From: Octopus sinensis
Taxonomy: Eukaryota
Reading direction: 5' to 3'
Assembly: GCF_006345805.1 (NCBI RefSeq)
Contig: NC_042997.1
Location: forward strand, 91,202,001 to 91,266,000
DNA length: 64,000 nucleotides
Position 1 is the stretch's first letter, and every line of letters begins with the position of its first letter. Under the pieces are notes generated by a model, which was not told the DNA's origin, searched no databases, and was given only the letters and a program-made list of their open reading frames with translations. Below are positions 1 through 12,928 of this stretch, piece after piece. The position numbers and the translations under genes were made by a program.

Positions 1-130
1 TGAGTTGCTAGGATCCCACAGAGCAAGTTTTGTCTGATGAGGGACTGATGTTAGAACATAGAAACTCCATCAATGCCATTTCAGTTTGCTGTAAAGAATA
101 TGATTAAAAGGTTGGCCTAACACAGCAGTA
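1..130 (+). mobile_element. Tigger/pogo transposase C-terminal remnant, cut by window edge
   Basis: gagttgctaggatccc...ttgtctgatgaggg..actgatgttagaaca is similar to the Tigger-like segment at 10375-10430. Confidence 0.45.
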
Positions 131-409
131 TCATTTCCAGTGACTATGTGCCATACTACAATATTATTGTATTATTTATTTCTAACATTTCTTTCTCTAA
201 ATGTTTTTTAAATGTACATACTGTAGAGCAAGTTTAAAACTTGTTATTTTCATATATAATAGTGGTTGCTTTTTCTTTTGGAATGCATCTCAATTTACAA
301 TATGAAAATCAATGATAAAATAGGTTTGCATTATGGAATTCTTCACAGTCAGATTTTCAGGACCATATGGGATGCCTGTATGTTAAAACTATATTATTAA
401 GGCAATAAT

Positions 410-545
410 GGGCTGGTAGAGCCATTAACATGCCAGACAAAATGCTTAGTGGCATTTTTTCTAGCTTTATGCTCCGAGTTCAAATTCCACTGCAGTTGGC
501 TTTGTCTTTTGTCCTTTCAGGGTTGCTGTAATTAGCTTCCCATTT
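410..545 (+). mobile_element. tRNA-derived SINE fragment
   Basis: Similar to copies at 38830-39030 and 36745-36820; contains a B-box-like gagttcaaattcc. Confidence 0.55.
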
Positions 546-1357
546 CCCTTAAAGTTGCTGGCCATGTGCTAAATTTAAAGAGAATTAGCATTATTCATTG
601 CTATAGTTAGATATGTGTCTCAATGTTAGTCATTAGTAACAATGTTTCAGCTGTTATACTCTGACATTCAGATGCCTGTTGAACACAGTAAGATTCTCAA
701 AATTTTGAACTGAACTTTGTTCAAGCCATTGAGATAGATTGCTCCCATTCAGAGATATTCTTGTATTAGTTATCCTATACTGTACATAAAATTCATTGTC
801 ATTGTTTTGTAGGACAATTAGGAAACAAAAATTTGCAACTTTAAACCCTTTTCCTTTTTGAAAACCTGTTAAAGGCTCCCATATAGTTATTATGATATCT
901 TTATGATGAAGTCATTGGAGCCCAATATATATGCTAATCCTTTCAATTGTCTTCCGGCATTTTATATCACTGACTGTTCCATAAAAGCTGGTGACTGCTT
1001 TTTGCCTCCACAAATGCTCAGTTATGTCTGATTTTTTTGTTTGCCCATAGACAGACATGATGTTCCTCTAGTATTATTTTTAGTGGGAGGTAGTGGCTGC
1101 CCTTATCTTTATATTGTGTCACAGTTGCAAGTGATGACATGTACACAGTTCTTACTCCTCTTTTCTGACAGAGGCATTATTTGGGAGAGATGTCATTGAT
1201 AGTTGTATCAAATTATGGACCCCCCACTCCACATGCCCAGAAAACAAACCAGTAACAATTTGTCTTAGAGGCATATCAAGAATATCCTGAAGATCAGTGG
1301 CACAGACATCATCGGGAGGGTATTTCTATTATAGTCTGGCTGAACAAAGCCTTAGAA

Positions 1358-1501
1358 CAGGACTGGGCAACCTTTTTGAGAGTGCATGCCAAAACTGGCA
1401 AAATCTGACAAAATTCCACATGCCAACCAATTTTCTTTTAGAACATATCAGGGTACTTGATATCTCTTAAGAAAGTGTATGTCAAGAACTTTTTTAATAA
1501 A

Positions 1502-1533
<32 letters not shown>

Positions 1534-2639
1534 TCACCATAGAGTAATAAAACAATATATAATGATGGATAATGTATTTATTCACCTTCAAAGTTATATC
1601 TAAACAACAATGAACCTTTGCCACTTTCAAAAGAAAACATTGGTCAGATGAAATATCAGTTTGACAAAACTTGATGACTCCTTTCGATATACATGTATAT
1701 TCAGTATTATTAGTGGGAATTCTGCCTCTGTATCATTGATGACTGATTTTGTATTGGGTTTATATTTCGTAACCTTCAGAGATATGCATGTATTCCTAGT
1801 TTCATCTGTCAGGTTACTCCTATTACAAAACTTAAAGTTCACCACCGAGAACAAGGATTCACAGACATAGGTTGATGAAAACATGGATATTAGTGCTGTT
1901 ACAAAGTTCTTTAAACTGGAAAAATTTTCTGGAATGGCATTCCAAATCCTTAATAATTCGTTTTCTTCACTCCTCTCTGGTACTCCCGTCTCTAATTGCC
2001 TTTTTTCAATACTTTCTAAGACAATGCTAAGGTCAATAAATTTTTGTTTCCAAATTTAGCTACTTTGAAATTCAATCATGTCTGGAAACTTCATGAATTT
2101 TGCTGTCTCTTCCAGTTCTCTGAATTCAGCAAACCTTGTAAAAAAAAAACTGCTCAACAGTTGACTCAATGCTTACAAACAGCTTTTGAAGGAATTAACA
2201 TTCTGTTCTATTACCTTTTGATAGATCATTGATGTACCTCTTTAGGTTAGGGAAGTATCTAAATCTCGCATTGTTAACATCCCTCTTAAAAACTCGTAGT
2301 TTCATTTCGAAAGCGTTTATGTAACCAAACATATCAAGTGTCTTACAAGAGCCCTGTAATTTAACATTCAAGTCATTCAAATGTTCCCCCAAATCTGCAA
2401 AAAAAACACCAGTTTACAAACCCACAAGATGTCAAACAATTCTTGATAAGAAACATGTTGGTCATTAAAAAGAGCTTTATCTCATTTAAGCATTCAACAA
2501 ATCATTTGTAATGTAAAATGTATCTGAGCAATAAAATGTTGCTATATACTATTGAAAGTCATTAAATGGAGGGTTACTAGAGAGAGGGTTTCGCGTGCTA
2601 GAAACAAGTTATTGGCATGCCAGGACTTGCTTACCCCTG
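1358..2639 (-). mobile_element. Non-autonomous hAT (Charlie/SPIN-like) DNA transposon with transposase remnants
   Basis: Perfect 8-bp TSD CCTTAGAA at 1350-1357 and 2640-2647; degenerate TIRs CAGGACTGGGCAA / CAGGGGTAAGCAA; minus-strand peptides GEHLNDLNVKLQG..INAFEMKL..YFPNL and FSSTYVCESLFS (hAT dimerisation motif). Confidence 0.9.
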
Positions 2640-3079
2640 CCTTAGAAAATTAAAGAAACCAGTTTTGTACGAGTCATGATATTTTAAGCAGACACCACCG
2701 TCATACAGTTATTAATTTCCAGTCTTCTGTGAAATGTCTAGCTAAGGAGAAATATTACCTTACTTATGACAGGAAAGTTATTTAGTTGTTTAAAAACTGC
2801 TTTGACAAATTCCATCTGACTTGTGCTAGTATGGAAAAGTAAACGGTAGAATGATGATGTGTGAGAAAAGCTCAGCCATTTACTAAAACATTAAAGCTTG
2901 CAATGAGTATAGTAGGAACATGTGACAAAGGTAAATTAGGTCAAGAATCAAGTAACTACTCCATTAAAAGGAAACCCTCCCCCCTAGATCTGAAGCGATG
3001 TGTAAAATGGAATAGCTCAAGTTCCATTTCGGTGTTGGGATCAGCAATCAGACCGGATATAATGCACTGATAAACAGTG

Positions 3080-3798
3080 GTCATTCAAGTAAAAATATAA
3101 ATTTGTATGACAATTTTCAGAAAGTGAAAAGTACAACTTTCAATGCAAAACCTTTTCTTTGTTAGTAAGCTGGTTTAAAAATTTTAAATGGCACCCTAAT
3201 TAATATAAAAATGACAGCGCTGATACAGAGGTTACTTCTAATTATCTTAAGGAGCGGAGAAAAATTACTGAAGACATGTATCTAATGAAGAAAAATCAGT
3301 ACCAGGCTTTAAAAAAAGCACCAAAAGTCATCTGAGGCTTTTATAGAAAGAAATGTGGCTGGTAATATGACATTAAGGCTCCTACTTGTGTATCAGTATC
3401 CAAAATCCAAAGACTATGCTAAGTTTAATCTACTTGTAATTTGGCATTCAAATAAGAAGGCTTGGATGACTACCAGCATTTCCAAAACTATTTTAGAAGT
3501 ACAATGCCAGGTGTAATTATTTCAACAAAGCATCACCCTTTTAGACAATGCACTAAGCTACCCAGTGAACTTAATCTTTCTGATAATGTGAGAGTGGAAT
3601 AACATACCCAAAAACATAACTTCTTCAGCCAATGGATCAAAGCGAAAGTTAACTTCAAAGCATATCGTGAGAAATTTTTTGAAACATCTCATAAAAGCAA
3701 TTGATGGGAAGAATAAGACTGGAGTTAGAGACATCTAGAAAGGGCTTGACACTATGGATGCAGTGGATAATATAGCTGAATCATGGGGTGAAGCAAAA
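3080..3798 (+). mobile_element. Tigger/pogo DDE transposase remnant, 5' part, interrupted by Gypsy
   Basis: Frame-broken motifs VIWHSNKKAWMT, LDNALSYP (LDNAPGHP), QPMDQ, NIAESWGE. Confidence 0.8.
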
Positions 3799-4885
3799 CA
3801 CACCCCTGTGGGATTGGAAGAATGGACTAGCCAAACTCTTATAAAGAGTAGGGTATTAGTTGAGACGAAAGTCTTAGGAGTTTGTATTTACTGGAGTACC
3901 GTGAAGTACATCGTATGAAGACAGTTGTGTCTATCCCCACTTTGTGAAATCTGTATATCCAATGTATAGAAGGATATAAAAGTGGCAACAAATTTATTCG
4001 AAGCTTATGGACATTAACATTTTGTTCTGATATATAAAAAAAAAAAAGAAAAATTAGTTTACATGAAAGACTTATTAGCCTCTGTGGTACAGTTGCAACA
4101 GCAACAGTTACAGCAGCAATAACAATACCAACAGTTGCTGGAATTAATGTTGAAGTCCCAAAATACTTCAAGTTCGTTCTTGCCAGACAGTGTAGCAAAT
4201 GCAATTTCAGAATTTAGCTATAATCCAGAAGATGGTATTACTTTTTCTGCATATTTCCAAAGATATGAAGAAATCTTTAAAGAGGAATGCAAAAACTGAA
4301 TGGACAATGAAAAGGTACAACTACTTTTAGGAAAATTATACTCTGCCGAACATGAAAAACAAGGTAACTGCATTCTGAAGAAGAAAAGAGAAAAAAAAAA
4401 AAAAAAAACAAAAAAAAACAAAAAAGATTTCATCACCTATGCTGGAGTAGTCAATCAAGAATGAAAAATTTTAACTAAACGAATTAACCTTGGACATCTT
4501 CAAATGTTTTTTTTTTCATGGGTAAACTGCAAGCAAAGATGCAGAGATACGTGCCGGATATTGACAAAATTAGAACAGGACTAGAATTTAACTTTGCAGG
4601 TAGTGGCAGAGGAATGTCAGAATTATTAATCTATGACATGATGCAAAGAAAATCTAAGAAAAGCATACTCTCACAAGAGCCAATCCATGCTACAAGTGCA
4701 GAGGTTTACATTTTAAAAATAAGTGTTTAAAAATTTTAAATGTTTTTACCTGTCAAAAAATCAGACATAAAAGCTAACATTGCAGAGTAAAAAAAAAAAA
4801 AAGAAAAAGGGTGGAATGAAAAATTGTCTAGGAAGGTTTTCTCAACATGAAGTCTAGGTAAGGCTCACAAAAGAAAGTTTGTGTA

Positions 4886-7154
4886 CTCTTACTTGTTTCA
4901 GTCATTTGACTGCGGCCATGCTAGAGCACTGCCTTTAGTTGAGCAAATCGACCCCAGGACTTATTCTATCAGTCTCTTTTGCCGAACCACTAAGTTACAG
5001 GGACGTAAACACACCAGCATCAGTTGTCAAGTGATGTTGGAGGGACAAACAGACACATATACATATACGTGATGGGCTTCTTTCAGTTTCCATCTACCAA
5101 ATCCACTCACAAGGGTTTGGCCGGCCCGAGGCTATAGTAGAAGACACTTGCCCAAGGTGCTACGCAGTGGGACTGAACCTGGAACCATGTGTTTGGTAAG
5201 CAAGCTACTTTATTTCATTAAATTTGTCATGAACACAGTACATAGATTGGGTAGCTTTGCGGGCTGGACAAGACAATGAAATGAATGATAATGATACAAG
5301 AATGATAAGGATGAGAGAAGACAGAAAGCGCCTGCTGATCCTCTGCAACATTGTTCTTTAACAATACATTAGATGAGGCAATGAACCTCTTACAATTCGT
5401 CAATATTAATCATTATAAATATATACATATTTCAGCACTAAGCCTATTCTTCTTTGCCCCCGACCAGGCTGTAAGCTGCCCATAGGTACTCCTCAGGATC
5501 CTGGTCGGGGTCCCAAAAATTGACTCTAAACAAGTCCGTAAAGGAGCCTAACAACATGGACATGACCTCCGAAGGCCAACTCCTGCCTTCGGTCCAGGCT
5601 AAGGACTCCTCCGTCAAGCCTTCTCACTTCCTATCCCCCCCCCCTCAGAAAGAGTATGACAAACTCATCTTTCCTCCTTCTGGGAGGGGTCACTGCTCCC
5701 TCTGTCGGTGGCACACTTCCCACCGACAGAGTTTCGGGGCATGCTGGCAGTTGATCATCAATGCCAGTGATATCCCATTCTTTTTTCTCCTATTCTCAAC
5801 GGGAAGGTGGAGTTCCTCCAACTTGTCCGGGAGTCCCTCCTTCCCTCCCGCTGCCTCAGAATCCATCAGTGGGCAACCATTGTTGCCCACCTTTCTTTTT
5901 TTGTTTTCGAGGGGGTTGCCTCCTCGACTTTCTCTTCCGTCAGATAATCAAGAGCCTCTTCTGGGGCAACAGGGAGATCTTTTTCTATTAACTACTCCAG
6001 TGCCCTTGCTTGGTTCTTGGGGCAGTTCTTTATGTGGCCAGACTCCAGTCACAGGTGACACTGGGGGGGGGGGGCCCTCAAGAATCACCAGATACCTAGA
6101 ACCGGCCACCTTTAGAAAATCTAGAAAAACCAGATCTTTGGCTGATTGGGTCCATAGGGTCAAAACTGCTTCCAACACTCAAGAGCCTGGCTCTGCCGCC
6201 ACCCAAACCCCGGCGGATAATGTACTCTATCCACTCAGGCTCTATTCCGAGTGGCAGCCCACATACCCAGGCTCTTGTTAATTTCCTCCCATGATATGTG
6301 GGGAGAAACAAAATTTTTTTCCCCTTAGAGGGGCTGGCTAGTGACAATGCTAGCCTCCTCAGGGGTGTCAAATAGCAACCACACTGTTGCAAATTTGACA
6401 CCCCTTGCAATAAACTTGATAGTTGGCAGGTATTCTGCAAACTCTTTTTCTATCTCGACTTGAGGGAACAGTGATGGTGTCGAGGGACTTGGAATATGTC
6501 TTTAACACCACCATTCTCTCATTATGGTCCTTTATCGACTGCTTAGGGGGTAAAATCTCCCACTCCAGCACAGTGCCCTTCTCTGTTGCCATGCTTGCAA
6601 AAACAAAGAAAGTTTCCAAAAAAAGGTCCAACACAAAGTTCAATAAATAACACAAAAAAGAACAGAACGACAGAGCAGAGAAAAAGAACGAAGGAAGACA
6701 GTTCAATTCACAGCAACACACTTCCGCAGCTCCGGTAATCCACAAGAATACAGGTACTCCAGTTCACGGCACAAAATTTAATTCTTGCTGTCCTCATACT
6801 CCTTGCCTGTGGTAAATCCAATGGAACTTCTAGGGCACGAATACAGTCACACAAATACAATTTTCACAAACAAAAAAATTTTTGCTCCTCAAAAGCACAA
6901 TTCTCACTGCAAAGAGAGTCTTTTCACATGACCACAGGCAGGCAAATGTCTGGAGCAGAGGGGAGACTTGCTCAACAAAAATTATTAAATACAGAGCAAC
7001 AAACTCCACTAAGCCCCCCCCTAAAACAAACGTTTACCTGTAATCGAGCTTCAAAACATTCAATATTTCACGTCAAAATACGTGACTTCCAAGCAGCACA
7101 AACTCTCCTGTAGTAAGGTAAGGAAGCTACTTACCACACAGCCACTCATGTGCC
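4886..7154 (-). mobile_element. tRNA-derived SINE, split by an insertion at 5211-7116
   Basis: Two halves (4886-5210 and 7117-7154) rejoin to match the intact plus-strand copy at 51838-52225; A-box TGGCTGTGTGG and B-box-like GGTTCAGTCCC on the minus strand. Confidence 0.9.
5211..7116 (-). mobile_element. ORF1-only L1/Tx1-like non-LTR element (HAL1-like)
   Basis: 16-bp TSD GGTAAG[C/G]AAGCTACTT at 5195-5210 and 7117-7132; frameshifted ORF1 from ATG ~6590 (MATEKGTVLEW...FATVWLLFDTPEEA...) with knuckle-like QCHL*LESGHIKNCP at ~6020-6065; no EN/RT; 3' end aatgaaataa. Confidence 0.75.
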
Positions 7155-10100
7155 TGGAGGAATGTGAATGTGAAGTTACAGCCAGTTACAGCCAGTGATA
7201 TTACATTTATTAACACCGAGACATGGAAAAAAAAAAAAAAAAAAAGGAAAGCCTACATTGATGGAAACTTTAAAAATTGCTAAAGGGCTCTCAGGGAAAA
7301 AAATTAGTTTTTGGGTGAAATTACAACTGAAGTTTCATTTCGGGGTAAAACCTTGAAAACAAAAGTTTTTGTTAAATAATGCAACAAACTGGTTGGTACT
7401 GACTGGATGGAATAGTTTAATTTATGGGACCTCCCCATAAATCTGTTCTGTAAAAATATAAATTGCTTTTACTCCAGTAAAAACAAGTCATCAGATGAAT
7501 TGAAAGAAAAAGTAAAAAATATTTTTCCTGAAGTTTTGAGCAATAAATTAGGTCTGTACGCCAAGACAAGGGTGTGTTTTCAAAGAAAATGCCAAACCAG
7601 TATTTAAACCAAAACGAATGGTACCCTTTGCAGCAATGAAGCAAGTCAATGAAGAACTAGAGAGAAAATTGGAGTTATCCAAAAAGTGGAATATTCTAAA
7701 TAGGCAGCCCTCAACAGTGTATATTAAGAAAAAGAGTAATGAAATCAGTGTGCACTGATTTTTCCACTGGGTTAAATGAATGTCTTAAGAAGTGCTACTA
7801 TCTGCTACCAACTCTGGAAGATATTTTAGTGGAATTAAACAGTGTAAATATATTTTTTAAATTGGATCTCTCTGATGGGTACCTACAAATTAAAGTATAT
7901 GATGAATGCTTGAAATACCTAACAGTTAACATGCATAAAGGACTGTATAAGTACAACAGGTTACCATTTGGTCTAAAAGTGGCACCAGCGATTTTTCAAC
8001 AGATTATGAATACAATGTTAGCGGACTGTGAAGTCACAATTCCATATCTGGATGATATACTCATTAAAAGTGAATCTGGGGATCAACATGTATTTGAAAC
8101 GAGTATTACAGCTTTACCCTGAGTGAAGAAAAAAGTGTGAATTTTTCTTACCGGAAATAAGATATTTAAGACAAGTTATCGACAGAAATGGATGATGCAT
8201 CAAGGACAGATGCAATTAAAAATATGCCTCCTCCGACTAATATAGTGATCTTACAAGCATTTTTAGGACTGGCAAATTATTACCAAAATTACATCCCAAA
8301 TATACATAAGGTTAGGGCTCCACTGAATAATTTGCTGAAAAAAGATATGAAATGATATTGGTCAGAAAATTGCCTAAAGGCATTTGACGAAATTTAAAAA
8401 ATATCAATACCTGATTTGTCATTAGCTCACTTCAAACCTGCAGTAGAGATTGTAGTTTCAGATGCTTCTGAGTACGGTATAGGAGCAGTAATGCTACATC
8501 AATATAAAGATAGATAACATGAGGGTGGTGGTTCATGCCTCACATTCTGATATCAGCAGAGAAAAATTATGGTCAAATCCAAAAAGAAGCTCTAGCAATC
8601 ACTTTTGCAGCGAAAAAATTTCACAAATTTTTGCACGGTAGAAGTTTTCATCTACAAACAGATTACTAACTGTTGATATCTAGGTTGAAAAAAGGAATTC
8701 CTACCTATGCTGCTAATAGGTTACAACGTTGGGTTATGATATTATTAAACTACGATTTCAAGAAGTATATTCCATGCTGATTGTTAATCAAGGTTGATTT
8801 TTAAAAAATGTGGAACCATTTGAAAATACTGTGACTGCCACTTTGTGAGAGAAAAATGAAATTGAAAATATTTTGGGTAATGTCATTTGTGACTTGCCAG
8901 TTATTTTACAAGACAAAATTGAAATCAGAAAACGAATTCATTATAAAAATGAAAGAAACACTGAAGGATAAAGAAAATATGTGCAACACAAATGCAAACC
9001 ATTTCTCACTGTGACAATGTGTTGATGTATGCACTAAGAGTTATAGTGCCAGATGCACCACAAAAGCATATATTAAAGGAAATCACTAACGAGAAGTTAT
9101 TTATATTGGCTAACAATGGACTGTAACATTGAAAAGTTGGTGAAATCCTGCAGAGGTTTTGCCCTTGCTGCCAAGTCACCAACAGTAAAATTCCGTGGCC
9201 TAAAACTGACAGTCCATGGACCAGGCTATATATAGATTTTGCTGGACCAATAAATGGCACATATTACCTGATTGTAGCAGATAGTTATACTAAGTGGCTG
9301 GAAATATGTAGATGTAGGAAACCAACCTATATGGTAACAATAGAATTTCTTCATGAACTCTTTGCAAGATATGGTGTCCCGGACACCATAGTATCATATA
9401 ACCGTATGCAGCTTATGGCATGTGAGTTTTAAAGTTTTTGCAAAATGTACACAATTCAATATGTCTACTCCGCCATATCACCCAAGATCAAACAGGCAAG
9501 CAGAATGGTTCATGGATACATTTAAAAGAACATTGAAGAAATCAAGAAACCAGCTAGTTGATGACGTGCACTGACACTTATTCAGGCAAGTCGCCTGCAG
9601 AACTAATGTTTGCTTGAAAAATGAAGTCAATTTTTGACAAGAAAACAAATAGGGAAAGCACTAAAAATTTGACAAAGTATTTTATTACCAGTGACAAGGT
9701 GGTTTTCAAAATATATAAAAATGGAAGAGAAGGTTGGGAAGACAGAATAATAACAAAATGAATAGGCAAAAGGATGTATATGATAAGAGGTGAAAATTGG
9801 GAACACAAAAGTCATTTAAATCAGCTAAAAAAATAGATATACAGAAAAAGAAAAGCAATACTCATGGAAGTGCTCTACGACACTGTTGATGTTACAATGC
9901 CACAAGTAGTCAAACCTAGGCAAAGTAGCACAAGAAAGAGGAAGCAGAATGCTTGGAAGTAGTGCCTAAATGGAAGAAATATGAAACTTCCTTAGGAAGT
10001 CAAATCTCAAAGGGGGAGATGTTGGGGGGATAGTCATTGACATCCCTGTGAGATTAGAAGAATGGAATAACCGAACTCTTATAAAGAGTAGCGCATTGGT

Positions 10101-10244
10101 TGAGATGACAGAAGTTGCAGGAGTCGTTGAGAGTATGTATTTATTGGAGTATCGGGTTCAGTGGAGTTATTTGATGTCATGTGAAGACAGTTGTCTATTC
10201 CTGCTTTGTGAAATCTGTATATCCAACGTATAGGATAATAGTAT

Positions 10245-10500
10245 TTGGTAAAACAGCCAGATTACCTGTGATTTTACAAATTTTCCAACAGCAGAAAGTT
10301 TACTGCAACCCAGCAAGAAATTGTGATACTGATAACTATAGGTTTTGAAGAAGTCATAGATGATGGCATGGTTAAGTTGCTAGGATCCCTTAAAGCTTGT
10401 CTAATGAGGAGCTACTGATGCTAGAGCAAAAGTGAGCTGAAGCACAAAATGAGGTTACAGAAATCCCACCTACTCCACTCTAGTAGGCAGTAAAGAATAT
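10245..10500 (+). mobile_element. Tigger/pogo transposase remnant, 3' continuation after Gypsy
   Basis: CDFTNFP...QEIVILITIGFEEVIDDGMVKLL continues the transposase broken at 3798. Confidence 0.65.
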
Positions 10501-10764
10501 GGCTAAAATTTTGACAATTATAGAGGAAAGTCAAAGTCTTTGGTGATAACAAAAATTACAAGATCAGTTCTACAGAGCTGTAGAAAAGAGATGGAGCATT
10601 TTAAATGTAAAACGGCTTCAAATAAGTTTTGCACTTTCACTTCCAGTAACTTCCACTGCACTACCATAGCAAGCACATCCCATTCTTTGATGTTATAATC
10701 AATATTCTCAGATTATTCTTATTCCCTAATGAATAAGCAAAAAACTTTTTTTTAATTCAAAAAA

Positions 10765-10955
10765 TGACCGTGCCGGTGGCACGTAGAAAGCACCCACTAC
10801 ACTCTCAGAGTAGTTGGCGTTAGGAAGGTCATCCAGCTGTAGAACTGCCAGATAAAGATTGGAGTCTGGTGTGGCCATCTGGTTTTCCAGCCCTCGGTCA
10901 AAATCGTCCAACCCATGCTAGCATGGAAAGCGGACGTTAAACAATGATGATGATG
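10765..10955 (+). mobile_element. RTE-LINE 3' UTR / RTE-tail SINE fragment
   Basis: ggcgttaggaaggtcatccagctgtaga...ccaacccatgctagcatggaaagcggacgttaaac followed by a (gat)n tail; same family as 12929-13150, 35395-35540, 56800-57170, 61040-61205. Confidence 0.85.
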
Positions 10956-12928
10956 AGAATATATACTGTATGTATTTAAAAATTCACATTTTCATGCATA
11001 AGTGATCAAATTGCATATTTTTGGTTAAGAAACATTGATCAGAATGCATCTCAATTTAGCAAAAAAAAAAAAAAAATCAATTGCAAAATTTTCTGGAACA
11101 TGAAATTCTTTAACACAGGGAGATGTCTGTATTGATACATAAATACAGTATATAAATTTAAGAAGAGTAAATAAAATGAAGTATTTATCAATTTTATGAA
11201 TTGAAATATGTAACCCTAGATAGGGGTACGAACCTATTGCACAAATACTCCCGGTAAATAAAATGAAAACAATCTAGTAAAAGAAGTAAATCATTTGGTT
11301 TTTAGGACCCTCATCCCACACTTCATTGTAAAAATACATCAGGAGTGGGGAATAAAAATTGAGTCCAGATGATTGAAGGTCAAAGTATGACAGACATTCA
11401 ATGTTATTTTAGTAATATAAATATCTTAAACAATTCACTGACAACCAAGTAAACACTCCAGTTTTATTTTTTTAAATATCTGCATTTTCCATTTTACCAC
11501 AAAAACTTGTGTGCACCTGTGGACCATATACAGCTATAGAGTACCATAGCAGTGGTTACAAATACCCAATTCAGATTATGTTATGAATTCAAACAAATAA
11601 GCTAAAAATGTAACATTAATGTAACATCAGTGGCCTAGTAGATAAAAGCATTATTACTCTTAGTTTACAAACAAAAAGGCTTCTAGTTCAAATTTAGACT
11701 AGTACTGTGTACATATCAAGAAATAATGATGACTGAAAACTTGTAGGTTGGAGAGCTACACCAAGCTCCAGTCTGATTTGGCATGGTTTCTATAGCTGGA
11801 TGCTCTTCCTAGCACCATAATTCTAAAAGATGGCTAAACATGAAAATTAAAAATACTTAAACAAGTCCATTCATACAAAAATGGATGATTCACAAAAGTC
11901 AGTATTTAACCATTCAGAATTAAAACAGATGGCCCATTCAGCCCTCATCATTGATAGCTTTCAGACAAAAGCATTGTATTTACTCTTTACAGAGAAATGA
12001 AGATGGTTTCTGACATGATTATTTGAAATACCTACAATGAATATGAACTAATGACCTATGACTCACAAGATGTAGTTTAATATATTATCTATTATTCAAC
12101 ACAAACAGATGTATTATCTATACTGACTCCACTAATTCTTTTTGTATGAAAGACTCAATATTTTAGCGTTATATGGTCATAAACTGCACAACTATCAACA
12201 GAAGCAAGACTGAAGAAACTTGAGACCAGAACTCTAAGGTGTTCAGTTGGTTTCAAATAAAAAGATTGAATACTAAATATAATTGCTACTGAAAGATGAC
12301 AGGACCACTTAAGAGCACCAGATAATAAAACAGAATAATATTGTTGATAAATTAAGCGAAAAAAAAAATTGAAGAGGCAATGTAAGTTGGGCACATCATT
12401 AAGAAAAATGCTAGAAAATTCTTAGGAATATGGGTAACTGCTGGACACATTCAGTTATTGTTATATTTGAAAAATCAGTTTTTTGAAAGGTCAGGGAAAA
12501 ATACATACACAAAATTGCTTGCACTAAATACTTCTACCATAAATAAAGCAAAATAGCTATCCAGACTACTTTAGGCAACTTGATATAGACTAAAACACTA
12601 GATGATGGAAATATTGGCCTAAAGGTGTTTTGATTATTCTTTTATATGAAAAACCTAGCTCGTCAATGTAATCAATGTAAACTTGGCAACTTGCCCCCCC
12701 CCCAAAAAAAAACAAAACATCACTATAATATTTAAAAGAAGGAATTCCTAAAAACAGAATATTCTAGAAGAAACTTGCTTTAGTTTATCTTCAATTTCAA
12801 ATATAACTGTTTACGTTGAGTGAAATTGTGAAGATTAGTTAATATTCCAAATCTACAACTTATTGTGAATGCAGGAAAAACTGCAATAAAAATATTCTAA
12901 ATAAGCAATCTAAAATATGTAAAAAGAA

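Larger units (their letters stand above)
3802..10240 (+). mobile_element. Degraded Gypsy/Ty3 LTR retrotransposon with both LTRs
   Basis: Diverged LTR pair at ~3802-3979 and 10020-10240; PBS-like TGGCAAC at 3983; PPT aaagggggaga at ~10009-10019; gag-like FSYNPEDGITFSAYFQRYEEIF at ~4210-4330; RT ORF 7739-8122 (LDLSDGYLQ, YNRLPFG, YLDDILI); RNase H (DASEYGIGAV) and integrase remnants to ~9850. Confidence 0.92.

Noticed and set aside
34-66. CTGATGA...GAAAC resembling a hammerhead
   Set aside because: No closing stems; the sequence aligns with the Tigger coding remnant at 10390-10430
2960-3070. Short hairpin aaatggaa-tagctcaag-ttccattt with retained CpGs; possible snoRNA or exon
   Set aside because: No convincing C/D or H/ACA boxes and no UBC-like translation
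5520-6281. 253-aa plus-strand ORF
   Set aside because: Antisense shadow of the GC-rich ORF1 of the minus-strand retroelement
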